Positions 18,335 to 29,736 of a DNA stretch of 64,000 nucleotides are shown one piece after another. The position numbers and the translations under genes were made by a program. Source of the stretch: Candidatus Omnitrophota bacterium (lineage in GTDB: Bacteria; Omnitrophota; Gorgyraeia; Gygaellales; Profunditerraquicolaceae); the NCBI GenBank assembly GCA_041661605.1, contig JBAZUE010000001.1:223467-287466 (forward strand). The letters are read 5' to 3'. The notes below the pieces were generated by a model, which searched no databases, was not told where the DNA came from, and was given only the letters and a program-made list of their open reading frames with translations. Position 1 is the stretch's first letter. The number at the start of each line of letters is the position of its first letter.

Positions 18335-18354
18335 TGGGATAGAAATTTAATCTT

Positions 18355-18425
18355 AGGGGCGTCGGTTAATGGCAAACCAACGGTCTCCAAAACCGTGACT
18401 GCAGGTTCAAGTCCTGCCGCTCCTG
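18355..18425 (+). tRNA. tRNA-Trp (anticodon CCA)
   Basis: 71-nt cloverleaf folded by hand. Acceptor AGGGGCG/CGCTCCT (one G-T pair), anticodon arm ACGGT-CTCCAAA-ACCGT, T-arm GCAGG-TTCAAGT-CCTGC. Confidence 0.9.
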
Positions 18426-18466
18426 TAATTCTATGGGGTGCAGGGAAGTAAAAGGGGACTTAAAGA

Positions 18467-18730
18467 ATGGATTTTGTGCTTAGTAATTTGAAAACAATAA
18501 TTTTAACTGTATTTGCAGTTGTGGTGCTGGTATTGGTAATAAAGAATTACCAAAAGATTAAAGGTTTCTTATTAGAAGTAAAATCAGAATTAAGCAAGGT
18601 TTCCTGGTCTACCAGGAAAGAACTTTTGGCATCCACGGTTTTGGTAATAACCGTAACGGGTATAATGGCAATTTTTATCGGGATAGTAGATCTGGGCTTA
18701 TCCAGATTTCTAAGCGTGGTTTTCAAATGA
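18467..18730 (+). CDS. secE: Preprotein translocase subunit SecE
   Basis: SELSKVSWSTRKELLASTVLVITVTGIMAIFIGIVD, and located upstream of nusG. Confidence 0.9.
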   Translation: MDFVLSNLKTIILTVFAVVVLVLVIKNYQKIKGFLLEVKSELSKVSWSTRKELLASTVLVITVTGIMAIFIGIVDLGLSRFLSVVFK

Positions 18731-19254
18731 AAAAATGGTATGTTGTCCATACTCAGACTGGAATAGAGGAAAAAGTTAAGGCATCTTTGGAGAAGAAGAT
18801 TGCTTCAAGCGGCCTTAAGGATTTAATCTCCAGTGTAGTCATTCCCACAGAGCAGGTTTCTGAAGTACGGGCCGGGAAAAAGAAGATTACCCAAAGAAAG
18901 TTTTTCCCCGGCTATCTGCTGGTAGAGATGGATTTAAGCGAAGAGACATATCTTTTTATCAAGAATTCTTCCGGCGTCACCGGTTTCATCGGATTAGGAA
19001 GGAAGCCTGTACCGCTCCCCCAGGAAGAAGTGGATAACATTCTTAAGCGTTCCAAAGAAACTGTTACCAAGCCTTCGCCTAAAATAGTTTTTGAAAAAGG
19101 GGAACAGGTAAGGGTCAATGAAGGTCCATTTTTGAATTTTAACGGCGTAATTGAAGAAGTTTATCCTGAAAAAGGTAAAGTTAAAGTAAGTGTTTCTATA
19201 TTTGGCCGTTCTACGCCGGTTGAATTAGAGTATTGGCAGGTTGAGAGGGTATAA
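18727..19254 (+). CDS. nusG: Transcription termination/antitermination factor NusG
   Basis: [26 protein letters not shown] and the KOW motif [21 protein letters not shown]. Confidence 0.95.
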   Translation: MKKWYVVHTQTGIEEKVKASLEKKIASSGLKDLISSVVIPTEQVSEVRAGKKKITQRKFFPGYLLVEMDLSEETYLFIKNSSGVTGFIGLGRKPVPLPQEEVDNILKRSKETVTKPSPKIVFEKGEQVRVNEGPFLNFNGVIEEVYPEKGKVKVSVSIFGRSTPVELEYWQVERV

Positions 19255-19256
19255 CT

Positions 19257-19682
19257 ATGGCAAAAGCTATCAAAGCACAGATTAAGTTGCATGTACCGGC
19301 AGCGCAGGCAAATCCTGCCCCTCCGGTAGGCCCTGCTTTAGGCCAGCATGGGGTAAACATCATGCAGTTCTGCAAACAGTTTAATGACCAGACTAAAGGC
19401 AGGGACGGTCTTATCCTGCCGGTAGTTATCAGTGTTTTTGAAGATAGGACCTTTACCTTTATTATTAAGAGCCCGCCATCATCAATTTTGTTAAAACGGG
19501 CAGCGAATTTGGCCAAGGCATCCGGCACCAGCGGGAAAGAAACTATCGGTAAGGTAACAAAAAAACAGATTGAAGAAATCGCTAAGCTTAAACTTCCGGA
19601 TTTAAATACCGCCAATATGGAACAGGCAATTAAAATTATTGAAGGCACTGCACGCAGTATGGGCATTGCAGTTGAAGGATAA
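19257..19682 (+). CDS. rplK: 50S ribosomal protein L11
   Basis: [30 protein letters not shown]. Confidence 0.97.
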   Translation: MAKAIKAQIKLHVPAAQANPAPPVGPALGQHGVNIMQFCKQFNDQTKGRDGLILPVVISVFEDRTFTFIIKSPPSSILLKRAANLAKASGTSGKETIGKVTKKQIEEIAKLKLPDLNTANMEQAIKIIEGTARSMGIAVEG

Positions 19683-19684
19683 TC

Positions 19685-20365
19685 ATGAAAACATCCAGCA
19701 AGAGATATAAAGAATCGGTTAAGCAGGTTGAGCAGGACAAATTTTATCAGTTAAAGGAAGCAATTATCTTATTAAAGAAGCTGCCTAAACCAAAGTTTGA
19801 CGGCTCAGTTGACCTGCATTTTAATTTGAGTGTTGATACTAAAAAGAGCGACCAAATGGTCCGTGGCACAGTAGTGCTCCCGCATGGAACCGGAAAAAAA
19901 GTGCGAGTGGCGGTGTTTTGTAAAGGTGAACACGAGCGCCAGGCCAGGGATGCAAAAGCTGATTATGTGGGGGGTACGGAGTTAATTGATAAGGTGGCGG
20001 CAGGATTTCTTGATTTTGATTGTGCTATTGCTACCCCTGAAATGATGAAAGACCTGAGTAAACTGGGAAAAGTTTTGGGGCCGCGGGGTTTGATGCCCAG
20101 TCCTAAAACGGGTACAGTTACCAACGATATAGTAAAAGCTATTGAAGATGTGAGAAAAGGTAAAGTTGAGTTCCGCGTTGATAAACAGGGTGGGATGCAT
20201 TTGGCTGTAGGCAAGATTTCGTTTAGCGAAGAACAACTGAATGATAATGCTTCTAAAGTTATAGAAGCTGTTAATGAATCCAGACCTGTTTCTGTAAAGG
20301 GCAAGTTTGTGAAGAGTTTAAGCATCGCTACTTCTATGAATCCGGGATTACGTGTTACCTGCTAA
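19685..20365 (+). CDS. rplA: 50S ribosomal protein L1
   Basis: VVLPHGTGKKVRVAVF, GPRGLMPSPKTGTV. Confidence 0.97.
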   Translation: MKTSSKRYKESVKQVEQDKFYQLKEAIILLKKLPKPKFDGSVDLHFNLSVDTKKSDQMVRGTVVLPHGTGKKVRVAVFCKGEHERQARDAKADYVGGTELIDKVAAGFLDFDCAIATPEMMKDLSKLGKVLGPRGLMPSPKTGTVTNDIVKAIEDVRKGKVEFRVDKQGGMHLAVGKISFSEEQLNDNASKVIEAVNESRPVSVKGKFVKSLSIATSMNPGLRVTC

Positions 20366-20382
20366 GATAGAGAGCTTATAAT

Positions 20383-20910
20383 ATGAAAAAAATAGGATTA
20401 TTAGTAAAAGAAGTATCAGAGAACCGCATAAAGAGCAGCTTTAAGTCATCCAAGGGTATGATTGTTGTAAAATATTCCGGAGTGGCCAGCCCTGACATGA
20501 GCGGATTGAGAAAAACGCTTAAGGCAAGCGGTTCGGACCTTTTTGTAGTCAAGAATAGCGTAGCTAGAAGAGCAATGAAAGAATTAGGCTTAACTGACCT
20601 GATCAAAGCTATTGAATCGCCCTGCGGGTTGATTTTTTTCAAGGATGAGCCGGTAGATATTTCTAAAATCTTATGCGCTTTCCGTAAGGATCATGAAAAA
20701 CTTATATTAGAAGGCGGCATGCTGCAGGAAAAGCTGTTGACTTCAAAAGATATAGAGACTATGAGCAAGCTTCCCTCTAAGGAAGTTCTTAGGGCCCAGG
20801 TGGTGGGAGCATTAAACGGGCCGATTGTAAAGATAGTCGTTGTCTTGAATCAAACTATAAAAAAATTCGTTTATTGCTTAGATCAGGTCAGACAGAAGAA
20901 ATCAAAATAA
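20383..20910 (+). CDS. rplJ: 50S ribosomal protein L10
   Basis: Located between rplA and rplL. LRKTLKASGSDLFVVKNSVARRA. Confidence 0.93.
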   Translation: MKKIGLLVKEVSENRIKSSFKSSKGMIVVKYSGVASPDMSGLRKTLKASGSDLFVVKNSVARRAMKELGLTDLIKAIESPCGLIFFKDEPVDISKILCAFRKDHEKLILEGGMLQEKLLTSKDIETMSKLPSKEVLRAQVVGALNGPIVKIVVVLNQTIKKFVYCLDQVRQKKSK

Positions 20911-20985
20911 TAACAATCCGTACATAGACACCCCGCGCTTAGCGGAATTGGGCGGGTGTTGTCCAGGTGGACAAAGGAGGAAGAA

Positions 20986-21369
20986 ATGGCAACTGAAAAA
21001 TTGGAAGAATTAATCAAGTCAATAGAGACGATGAGCGTTTTAGAGCTCTCTGACTTAGTTAAGGCTTTGGAAGAGAAGTTTGGAGTAAGCGCAAATATGC
21101 CGATGGCCGCAGCACCTGCTGCCGGAGCCGCAGCACCTGCTGCCGCTGCTGAAGAGAAAAGCGTCTTTACCGTAGTGTTGACTAGCGCCGGCGCAAATAA
21201 AATCGCGGTGATCAAAGAGGTCCGTACTATTACCAGCCTGGGTTTGAAAGAAGCCAAGGATTTAGTAGATGCTGCCCCTAAATCAATCAAGGAAGGCGCT
21301 ACTAAAGATGAAGCTGCTGAAATGAAAAAGAAACTGGAAGCAGCCGGAGCAACCGTAGAACTAAAGTAA
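20986..21369 (+). CDS. rplL: 50S ribosomal protein L7/L12
   Basis: [34 protein letters not shown], an Ala/Pro hinge and a C-terminal [10 protein letters not shown]...[17 protein letters not shown] 20986 follows AAAGGAGG. Confidence 0.97.
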   Translation: MATEKLEELIKSIETMSVLELSDLVKALEEKFGVSANMPMAAAPAAGAAAPAAAAEEKSVFTVVLTSAGANKIAVIKEVRTITSLGLKEAKDLVDAAPKSIKEGATKDEAAEMKKKLEAAGATVELK

Positions 21370-21420
21370 AATTAAGTAAATCTAAGTAAGTTTAATTAAC
21401 TATAAGTAACTTAAAACTAG
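21361..21420. repeat. Six tandem 10-bp units, consensus ttTAAGTAAn
   Basis: The units are ctAAAGTAAa, atTAAGTAAa, tcTAAGTAAg, ttTAATTAAc, taTAAGTAAc and ttAAAACTAg. The array begins at the rplL stop codon. Confidence 0.8.
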
Positions 21421-21443
21421 GCTGATTTTAGCCATAAGGGATT

Positions 21444-24400
21444 ATGAATAAACGTAAAAGCTTTGCTAAGATAAAAGAAGTTTACGATTTACCTAACCTT
21501 TTGGACGTGCAGCTTGATACTTATCGTGAGTTTCTGCAGATCGATGTGCCTGCAGATCAAAAGAAAAATCAGGGCCTACAGGAAGTTTTTGGAGAAATTT
21601 TCCCTATAGAGAGTCCTGATCGCTCTGTAAAGTTAGATTTTATCAGCTATTCATTAGGCAAGCCTAAATATACAATAAGTGAATCCAAAAACCGCTCATT
21701 GACTTACGCTTCTCCGTTAAAGGTAAAATTTCGTTTAACTACCCCCCGGGAAACAAAAGAACAGGATGCCTATTTTGGTGAAATTCCCCTGATGACTGAA
21801 ACCGGTACTTTTATTATCAATGGGGATGAACGTGTAGTAGTCAGCCAATTGCAGCGTTCTCCGGGTGTGTCCTTTGAAGAAGAACTTCATCCTACGGGCA
21901 AAAAGATTTTTTACGGCAGGGTTATTCCTTACCGCGGCGCTTGGCTGGAATTTAAATATGACCTTACCGAAACAATCACCGCTTATGTTGACCGGCGTAG
22001 AAATTTTCCCGCAACTCAAATTTTAAGAATCCTTGGTTTTTCCGAAGACAGCCAGATTTTTGCCGCTTTTGGCAAAGAGCATCCTGAGATCATTAATACC
22101 TTAAAAAAAGATTATACCAAGAATAAAGAAGAGGCATATCTTGATTTTTACCGTAAGATGCGTCCGACTGAGCCGGTTACCAAAGAAGCCGCAGAGGGCC
22201 TGTTTTATAGATTATTCTTTGATCCGGCCCGCTATGATCTGGAGCGGGCGGGCCGTTTTATCCTGAATCGTAAGTTAGATATGAACGTGTCTTTAGAAAA
22301 AAGGATACTTGATTCCGATACTGTTATAAAGGTAATTGAATATTTAATCAAGTTAAACGCAGGTACGGGCAAAATTGATGACATAGACCATCTGGGAAAC
22401 CGCCGCGTCAAGAGTGTCGGCGAACTAGTGCAAAATCAGGTGCGTATCGGACTTTCCAGGGTTGAGCGTTCAATTAAAGAACGTTTAAGTATTTTAGGCG
22501 AGTTTGATAATTTAAATGTGCATTATCTGATTAATTCCAAGCTTTTAAGTAACCAGATCCGTGATTTCTTCGGTCGCAGCCAGTTGTCCCAGTTTATGGA
22601 TCAGATTAATCCTTTGGCAGAGATGACTCATAAGCGCCGTTTGAGCGCCTTAGGCCCGGGAGGACTGTCGCGTGAAAGGGCAGGTTTTGAAGTAAGGGAT
22701 ATCCACCCGTCGCATTATGGAAGGGTTTGTCCTATTGAAACTCCTGAAGGACCGAATATCGGTTTAATCGCTTCCTTAAGTTGTTTTGCGCGTATTAACT
22801 CTTTAGGCTTAATTGAGACTCCATACCGCAAAGTAGAAGATGGCCGGGTAACCAAAAAGTTTGAATATTTAACCGCAGATATTGAAGAAGACAAGATTAT
22901 CGCCCAGGCTGATGTTGCTTTAGACAGTGAAGGCAAATTCGTAGATAAATTTGTTACCTGCCGGTATAGGGAAGATTTTCCCAAGGTTTCGGCAAAAGAT
23001 GTGCAGTATATGGATGTTTCCGCTAAACAACTGGTTTCAGTTGCTGCCGCGTTAATCCCTTTCTTAGAGCATGATGATGCTAACCGTGCGCTTATGGGCT
23101 CAAATATGCAACGCCAAGCTGTGCCTTTAATGATTACTGAGGCTCCTTTTGTAGGTACCGATATGGAGGCAAAAGTAGCTCAGGATTCCGGTACGGTGGT
23201 TATTGCCCAGGAATCCGGTAAAGTAACCAGTGTTGATTCTTCCTCGATTACCGTCGGTAAGAAGATTTATCATCTAAAGAAATTCCTGCGTACCAATGCA
23301 GACACTTCAATTAATCAAAGGCCGCTGGTAAAGTTAGGTGACCGTATAGAGCCGGGCCAGGCGATTGCCGATGGGGTTGCTACTAAGGATGGCGAATTGG
23401 CCTTAGGCAAGAATGTCCTGGTAGCATTTATGCCCTGGAGAGGTTATAACTTTGAAGACGCCATTCTTATTAGCGAAAAATTAATCAAACAAGATACTTT
23501 TACCTCTATTCATATCGAAGAATTTGAGATTGAGGCTGCTGAAACCAGGCTTGGCAATGAAGAGATTACTCGCGATATTCCTAATGTTAGTGAGGAAGCC
23601 TTGAGGAATTTGGATGAGGATGGGATTATCCGCGTCGGAGCTGAAGTAAGCGCCGGGGATATCCTGGTAGGTAAGATTACGCCCAAGACTGATTCTGAAC
23701 CCAGCCCTGAAGAAAGATTACTGCGCGCTATTTTCGGAGAAAAGGCCGGAGATGTGCGTGATACTTCGTTGGTTGTCCCTCCGGGAGTTGAAGGCGTGGT
23801 TATCGATGTGCACGTTTTTCAGCGCAAAGACCGCGGCCGTAAGACCAAAGAAGAGAAGACAAAAGAATTAGCAAAAATCCGCGAGCTCAAGGCCTACTAT
23901 AAGCAGGAGATTGAGTTCTTACAGATTGAAAAAACTGTGCGTTTAGCCCAGGTTTTAGGTATAGATAAAAAGAAAGTTGAGAAATATGATTTTAGTGATA
24001 ATGACGAGGCTAAAATCTTAGCTGCTTCTTTTGACGAACAAATGCAAGAGTTGCTGGCTGAAGAAGAGCAGGAGATTGAGAAGGTGCGCCGTGGAGATGA
24101 ATTGCCTACGGGTATCTTAAAGAGAGTCGTGGTCTATATTGCCACAAAACGAAAGCTTTCCGAAGGAGATAAGCTGGCCGGACGCCATGGAAACAAGGGT
24201 GTGGTCGCCAGAATTATACCTGAAGAGAATATGCCTTATATGCCTGATGGCACGCCGGTGGATGTAGTTTTAAACCCGTTAGGCGTTCCTTCGCGAATGA
24301 ACGTAGGCCAGATTCTGGAATGTCATTTAGGTTGGGCAGTGCAGGCTTTAGGTTTAAATGTAAGCTGTCCGATATTCGACAGCGCTAAAGAGAGCGAGAT

Positions 24401-24848
24401 TAAAGAGTTATTGAGGAAAGCAGGGCTTCCGGAAGACGGCAAAATTACTCTCTATGATGGATATAGCGGGGAGCCTTTTGACCAGAAAGTAACTGTCGGG
24501 TATATGTATATTTTGAAATTAATCCACTTGGTTGATGAAAAGATACACGCCCGCTCTATCGGGCCTTATTCTTTGGTTACTCAGCAGCCATTAGGTGGTA
24601 AAGCTCAATTCGGCGGCCAGAGATTAGGGGAAATGGAAGTATGGGCCCTGGAAGCATATGGGGCGGCATTTACTTTACAGGAGATGCTTACTGTTAAGAG
24701 CGACGACGTCAGCGGCAGGACGCGTATCTACGAAGCGATTGTTAAAGGTGAGCAGCGCTTAACCCACGGGACTCCAGAGTCATTTAATGTTTTAATCAAA
24801 GAACTGCAAGGCTTATGCCTTGATATCAAAACAGAAAAGGCCAAATAA
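21444..24848 (+). CDS. rpoB: DNA-directed RNA polymerase subunit beta
   Basis: 1134 aa with [40 protein letters not shown] and GRHGNKGV motifs. Confidence 0.98.
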   Translation: MNKRKSFAKIKEVYDLPNLLDVQLDTYREFLQIDVPADQKKNQGLQEVFGEIFPIESPDRSVKLDFISYSLGKPKYTISESKNRSLTYASPLKVKFRLTTPRETKEQDAYFGEIPLMTETGTFIINGDERVVVSQLQRSPGVSFEEELHPTGKKIFYGRVIPYRGAWLEFKYDLTETITAYVDRRRNFPATQILRILGFSEDSQIFAAFGKEHPEIINTLKKDYTKNKEEAYLDFYRKMRPTEPVTKEAAEGLFYRLFFDPARYDLERAGRFILNRKLDMNVSLEKRILDSDTVIKVIEYLIKLNAGTGKIDDIDHLGNRRVKSVGELVQNQVRIGLSRVERSIKERLSILGEFDNLNVHYLINSKLLSNQIRDFFGRSQLSQFMDQINPLAEMTHKRRLSALGPGGLSRERAGFEVRDIHPSHYGRVCPIETPEGPNIGLIASLSCFARINSLGLIETPYRKVEDGRVTKKFEYLTADIEEDKIIAQADVALDSEGKFVDKFVTCRYREDFPKVSAKDVQYMDVSAKQLVSVAAALIPFLEHDDANRALMGSNMQRQAVPLMITEAPFVGTDMEAKVAQDSGTVVIAQESGKVTSVDSSSITVGKKIYHLKKFLRTNADTSINQRPLVKLGDRIEPGQAIADGVATKDGELALGKNVLVAFMPWRGYNFEDAILISEKLIKQDTFTSIHIEEFEIEAAETRLGNEEITRDIPNVSEEALRNLDEDGIIRVGAEVSAGDILVGKITPKTDSEPSPEERLLRAIFGEKAGDVRDTSLVVPPGVEGVVIDVHVFQRKDRGRKTKEEKTKELAKIRELKAYYKQEIEFLQIEKTVRLAQVLGIDKKKVEKYDFSDNDEAKILAASFDEQMQELLAEEEQEIEKVRRGDELPTGILKRVVVYIATKRKLSEGDKLAGRHGNKGVVARIIPEENMPYMPDGTPVDVVLNPLGVPSRMNVGQILECHLGWAVQALGLNVSCPIFDSAKESEIKELLRKAGLPEDGKITLYDGYSGEPFDQKVTVGYMYILKLIHLVDEKIHARSIGPYSLVTQQPLGGKAQFGGQRLGEMEVWALEAYGAAFTLQEMLTVKSDDVSGRTRIYEAIVKGEQRLTHGTPESFNVLIKELQGLCLDIKTEKAK

Positions 24849-27800
24849 TGGAAGAGATCGTCTCATTTGATAGTATTTCAATTAAGATAGCCAGCTCCCA
24901 GGTCATTAAACTTTGGTCTAAGGGAGAAGTCAAGAAAGCAGAAACTATTAATTACCGCACGCTTAAGCCGGAAAAAGACGGCTTGTTTTGCGAAAAGATA
25001 TTTGGTCCGGTGCGTGATTGGGAATGTAATTGCGGTAAATATAAGGGGATAAAATTTAAAGGGATAACCTGTGACCGTTGCGGCGTAACGGTTGATCGTT
25101 CCAGTGTCAGGCGTGAGCGGATGGGGCATATTGATTTAGCTACCCCGGTTACGCATATCTGGTTTTTTAAAGCCGTCCCCAGCCGCATGAGCGCGTTATT
25201 AGATATCGGATTAAGAGACTTAGAGAGAATTATTTATTATGAGGAGTATGTTGTTGTTGATCCCGGAACTACTCCTTTAAAGAAAAAAGAGCTCTTGACT
25301 GATGAACAGTACCAGGAAGCATTGGATAAGTATGGGGCGAATTTCAAGGCTAAAATAGGCGCTGAAGCGATATCCGAACTCTTGAAAGAGCTGGATTTGG
25401 ATGTGGTTTGCCGTAAGTTTAGAAAAGATCTGGAAAAATCCAAAGATGTTTTAAGCAATCGCAAGGCGATTAAAAATTTAAAAATCGTTGAAGATTTTAA
25501 GAAAAGCGGAAATAAGCCGGAATGGATGATTTTAAGTATTTTACCGGTAATTCCTCCGGACTTGCGCCCCTTAGTGCCTCTTGAGGGCGGCAGGTTTGCG
25601 ACAAGCGACCTTAATGACTTATACCGCAGGGTAATCAACAGGAATAACCGTTTAAGAAAATTAATGGAGTTAAGCGCACCTGAAATAATCATACGTAATG
25701 AAAAACGTATGCTTCAGGAGGCGGTGGACGCGCTTTTGGATAATGGCCGTCACGGTAAGCCGGTGAATGGGGCTAATAATCGTCCATTGAAATCGCTTTC
25801 TGATATGCTTAAGGGTAAACAAGGCAGGTTCAGGCAGAATCTCCTTGGTAAGCGCGTTGATTATTCAGGCCGCTCCGTTATAGTCGTAGGTCCTGAGTTA
25901 AAACTCCATGAGTGCGGGCTTCCTAAACAGATGGCCTTGGAACTATTTGAGCCATTTATTATCAAAAAATTGAGAGAGAAAGGTTTTGTGCATACAATTA
26001 AAGGCGCCCGCCGGATGGTTGAGCGTGGAAAGATTGAGGTTTGGGATATTCTGGATGAAGTGATTAAGGATCATCCGGTTATGCTTAACCGTGCACCAAC
26101 CTTGCACCGTTTAGGTATCCAGGCATTTCAGCCATTATTAATCGAAGGAAAATCAATAAAGATACATCCTTTGGTTTGTACCGCTTTTAACGCCGATTTT
26201 GACGGGGATCAGATGGCTGTTCATGTGCCTCTGTCCTTAGAATCGCAATTAGAAACCAAAGTACTGATTATGGCCATAAACAATATTTTCTCTCCTGCTG
26301 ACGGCCGGCCGGTAATTTCCCCCACACAGGATATCATCCTGGGAGTTTCATATCTTAGCAAAGAGAAACCGGGAGCATTGGGAGAGGGAAAGATGTTCTC
26401 CAGCGCGGATGAAGTTTTAGTGGCTTATGATGATAAAGCGGTGGAATTGCACGCTAAAATCAAGTTTCGCGTTAATGCTTTATATGATTTTGACCAAAAG
26501 AAAGTTATTGAAGGAAAACAGCTGATTACTACTACTGTCGGCCGGATAATATTTAATCAGGTCCTGCCTGTAGAATTCGGATTTGTTAACCGCGAGTTAA
26601 ATAAAGGCAGGGTTAATGATATTGTAGTCAGCTGCTACAAGAGGTTTGGCCACAGTGTAACCATTAAATTGTTGGATGATATTAAGCGTTTAGGCTTTGA
26701 GATGGGGACTCTGGGAGGTATTTCTATCGGTATAGATGACATGACTGTCCCCTTGGAAAAACCCGAGGTTTTAAGAGAGTCTAAAGAAGAAGTAGCCAAG
26801 GTTGAGGATCAATATCGTAAAGGTATAATTACTGATAGCGAGCGTAAATCCAAAGTTATTGATATCTGGACGCATACTACTGATAAGATCTCGGATTTGT
26901 TGTTTAAGGGGATGGATTCATTTAATCCTATCTTTATGATGGCCGATTCCGGCGCACGTGGTAGCCGTCTGCAGGTTAGGCAGCTAGCTGGTATGCGTGG
27001 TTTGATGGCTAAACCCAGCGGAGAGATTATTGAAAATCCGATTACTGCAAACTTTCGCGAAGGCTTAAATGTCTTGGAGTATTTTATTTCTACCCATGGC
27101 GCACGAAAAGGTTTAGCTGATACCGCTCTTAAGACAGCCGATGCCGGCTATCTTACCCGCAGGCTTGTAGATGTAGCCCAAGAGGTCATTGTTTGCGAAG
27201 ATGACTGCGGCACGCTTAATGGAATTACGGTTTCGGCAATTATTGAAGGCGATGAAGAAGTTGTCAGTCTAAAGGACCGTATTATCGGAAGAGTGGCTTT
27301 GGATAATGTTGTTGATATTATTACCGATGAGATTATTGTTGAGCAGGGGCATGAAATTACCGAAGAAAAGTCCGAGCAGATAGAAAAATTAGGGATTGAA
27401 AAGATACGCATACGCAGTGTTTTGACTTGTGAGTCCGGCAGAGGGGTTTGCGCTAAATGCTACGGACGCAACCTTTCTACTGGAAGGTTAATCGAGTTGG
27501 GTGAGGCAATAGGAGTTGTGGCTGCCCAGAGTATCGGTGAGCCTGGTACCCAGTTGACCATGAGGACTTTCCATATCGGAGGTACAGCTTCCAGGACAAT
27601 CGAGCAGTCATTTGTTAAATCCAAAAATGACGGTATAGTTAAATACCATAATTTAAGGGTTACGCTTAAGAATAAAGAGAATGTTGCTTTGAACAGAAAC
27701 GGTGCGATCAGTATCAATGATGTCCAAGGCAGGGAACTTGAACGCTATCCTGTTCCACAGGGCGCATTTATTACTATCCTCGACGGAGAAGAGGTTAAAA

Positions 27801-28882
27801 AGGGAATAGTTTTTGTGCGTTGGGATCCATATACCTTACCGGTACTTACTGAAGTAGCCGGAATAGTGCGTTTTGAGGATTTGCGTGAAAATATTACTAT
27901 GCGTGATGAAGTCAACCCGGTTACAAAATTAACTGAACGAGTAGTAGTTGAGCATAAACCGGAGTATCATCCGCAGGTAGTTATAACAGATGATAAAAAA
28001 GAGGTTTTAGGTATTTATCCTATTCCTATCGGCGCCCATATTATTGTTAAAGATGGGGAGCAGATAGGCGGAGGAGACCTTTTGGCAAAAATCCCGCGCA
28101 CAGTGGTTAAGACCCGTGATATTACCGGCGGTCTGCCCCGCGTAGCAGAACTTTTTGAAGCCAGGCGGCCTAAGGACCCTGCGGTAATCAGTGAAATCGA
28201 CGGATTCGTGGAATTTGGCGAGACCAAGAAAAATCAGCGCGTAATCGTTGTTAAATCCGTTACCGGCATGTCAAGGGAATATGTTATCCCGCATGGCAAG
28301 CATCCGAATGTTTATAAGGGGGATAAAGTTAACGCCGGTCAGCAACTTACCGACGGGCCGGTAGTTTTACAGGATATCCTGAGTGTCTGCGGCGACAAAG
28401 TTTTGCAGGAATATCTGGTTAATGAAGTGCAGGAAGTTTATCGGCTTCAGGGAGTGCGCATTAATGATAAGCATATAGAGGTGATTATCCGTCAAATGCT
28501 CAAGAAGGTAAGGATTGAAGACCCGGGTGATACGGAATTCTTGGCTACCCAGCAGGTAGATAAGTGGGTATTCCAGAAGGAAAATACCCGTATAATTAAA
28601 AAAGGCGGAAAACCCGCCCAGGCAACTCCTTTGCTTTTGGGTATAACCAAAGCCTCGCTTACGACTGAAAGTTTTATCTCTGCGGCAAGTTTCCAGGAAA
28701 CTACCCGAGTTTTAACCGAAGCGGCAACCAGCGGAAAACGGGATGAATTATTTGGGTTAAAAGAGAATGTTATTGTGGGCCACTTGATTCCCGCAGGTAC
28801 GGGATTTAAGGCGCACCGCGATATTGAGGTAATAAAATCAGGCGCTGAAAAGAGCGCAGAGAAAAAAGAGGAAAAGGAATAA
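24848..28882 (+). CDS. rpoC: DNA-directed RNA polymerase subunit beta'
   Basis: 1344 aa with a zinc-binding CNCGKYKG...CDRCGV segment, [12 protein letters not shown], and a trigger loop MRTFHIGG...[15 protein letters not shown] carrying an SI3-like insertion. Confidence 0.98.
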   Translation: MEEIVSFDSISIKIASSQVIKLWSKGEVKKAETINYRTLKPEKDGLFCEKIFGPVRDWECNCGKYKGIKFKGITCDRCGVTVDRSSVRRERMGHIDLATPVTHIWFFKAVPSRMSALLDIGLRDLERIIYYEEYVVVDPGTTPLKKKELLTDEQYQEALDKYGANFKAKIGAEAISELLKELDLDVVCRKFRKDLEKSKDVLSNRKAIKNLKIVEDFKKSGNKPEWMILSILPVIPPDLRPLVPLEGGRFATSDLNDLYRRVINRNNRLRKLMELSAPEIIIRNEKRMLQEAVDALLDNGRHGKPVNGANNRPLKSLSDMLKGKQGRFRQNLLGKRVDYSGRSVIVVGPELKLHECGLPKQMALELFEPFIIKKLREKGFVHTIKGARRMVERGKIEVWDILDEVIKDHPVMLNRAPTLHRLGIQAFQPLLIEGKSIKIHPLVCTAFNADFDGDQMAVHVPLSLESQLETKVLIMAINNIFSPADGRPVISPTQDIILGVSYLSKEKPGALGEGKMFSSADEVLVAYDDKAVELHAKIKFRVNALYDFDQKKVIEGKQLITTTVGRIIFNQVLPVEFGFVNRELNKGRVNDIVVSCYKRFGHSVTIKLLDDIKRLGFEMGTLGGISIGIDDMTVPLEKPEVLRESKEEVAKVEDQYRKGIITDSERKSKVIDIWTHTTDKISDLLFKGMDSFNPIFMMADSGARGSRLQVRQLAGMRGLMAKPSGEIIENPITANFREGLNVLEYFISTHGARKGLADTALKTADAGYLTRRLVDVAQEVIVCEDDCGTLNGITVSAIIEGDEEVVSLKDRIIGRVALDNVVDIITDEIIVEQGHEITEEKSEQIEKLGIEKIRIRSVLTCESGRGVCAKCYGRNLSTGRLIELGEAIGVVAAQSIGEPGTQLTMRTFHIGGTASRTIEQSFVKSKNDGIVKYHNLRVTLKNKENVALNRNGAISINDVQGRELERYPVPQGAFITILDGEEVKKGIVFVRWDPYTLPVLTEVAGIVRFEDLRENITMRDEVNPVTKLTERVVVEHKPEYHPQVVITDDKKEVLGIYPIPIGAHIIVKDGEQIGGGDLLAKIPRTVVKTRDITGGLPRVAELFEARRPKDPAVISEIDGFVEFGETKKNQRVIVVKSVTGMSREYVIPHGKHPNVYKGDKVNAGQQLTDGPVVLQDILSVCGDKVLQEYLVNEVQEVYRLQGVRINDKHIEVIIRQMLKKVRIEDPGDTEFLATQQVDKWVFQKENTRIIKKGGKPAQATPLLLGITKASLTTESFISAASFQETTRVLTEAATSGKRDELFGLKENVIVGHLIPAGTGFKAHRDIEVIKSGAEKSAEKKEEKE

Positions 28883-28885
28883 CCT

Positions 28886-29263
28886 ATGCCCACAATTGCA
28901 CAATTAATCAGGTTCGGTAGAATTTCCAAAAAGAAAAGAAGCAAGTCTCCTGCTTTAAAAGGTTGTCCCCAGAGAAGAGGGGTTTGTCTCCAGGTGCGTA
29001 CTATGACGCCCAAGAAACCTAACTCTGCTTTAAGAAAGATTGCCAGGGTCAGGCTTACCACGGGCATCGAAGTTACTGCTTATATACCGGGAGAAGGGCA
29101 TAATCTTCAGGAGCATTCGATTGTTTTAGTCAGGGGCGGCAGGGTTAAGGATTTACCAGGCGTAAGGTACCATATTGTCAGGGGTACTCTGGATGCATCA
29201 GGGGTAAACGCACGCAGAAGATCGCGTTCAAAATATGGAGCAAAGAAACCAAAGGATAAATAA
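28886..29263 (+). CDS. rpsL: 30S ribosomal protein S12
   Basis: MPTIAQLIR...[10 protein letters not shown]. Confidence 0.98.
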   Translation: MPTIAQLIRFGRISKKKRSKSPALKGCPQRRGVCLQVRTMTPKKPNSALRKIARVRLTTGIEVTAYIPGEGHNLQEHSIVLVRGGRVKDLPGVRYHIVRGTLDASGVNARRRSRSKYGAKKPKDK

Positions 29264-29733
29264 TGAGAAGAAGAAAAGCGCAGGAAAAGAATATTCTAGC
29301 AGATCCTAAATTTAACAGTAAGATAGTTGCCAAGTTTATCAATATGGTTATGCTTGCGGGTAAGAAATCCATCGCGGAAAAATTGGTTTATAGTGCTTTT
29401 GATATTGCCCAAAAGAATTTAAATGAACAGGATATCCTGAAGGTATTTTATAAGGCATTGGATAATGCCCGGCCGCGCCTGGAAGTAAAACCGCGCAGGG
29501 TCGGAGGAGCTACTTATCAGGTGCCCATAGAAGTCAGGCAGGAACGTGGTACTTCTATCGCTTTACGCTGGATCAGGGATTTTGCCCAGAATAGAAAGGG
29601 CAAGCCTATGCAGGAAAAGTTAGCCGATGAAATTATCGCCGCTTATAAAGGCGAAGGCTCGGCAATTAAAAAGAGGGATGATACGCATAAGATGGCTGAA
29701 TCAAATAAAGCATATGCGCATTTTCGCTGGTAA
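29263..29733 (+). CDS. rpsG: 30S ribosomal protein S7
   Basis: ILADPKFNSKIVAKFINMVMLAGKKSIAEKLVY...YAHFRW. Confidence 0.98.
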   Translation: MRRRKAQEKNILADPKFNSKIVAKFINMVMLAGKKSIAEKLVYSAFDIAQKNLNEQDILKVFYKALDNARPRLEVKPRRVGGATYQVPIEVRQERGTSIALRWIRDFAQNRKGKPMQEKLADEIIAAYKGEGSAIKKRDDTHKMAESNKAYAHFRW

Positions 29734-29736
29734 ATT

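Noticed and set aside
27590-28120. A large insertion (about 175 aa) within the rpoC trigger loop, between MRTFHIGG and [15 protein letters not shown].
   Set aside because: It corresponds in position and rough size to the SI3-type lineage-specific insertion known from E. coli and many Gram-negative lineages. It is not an intein or a novel domain as far as can be judged by eye.
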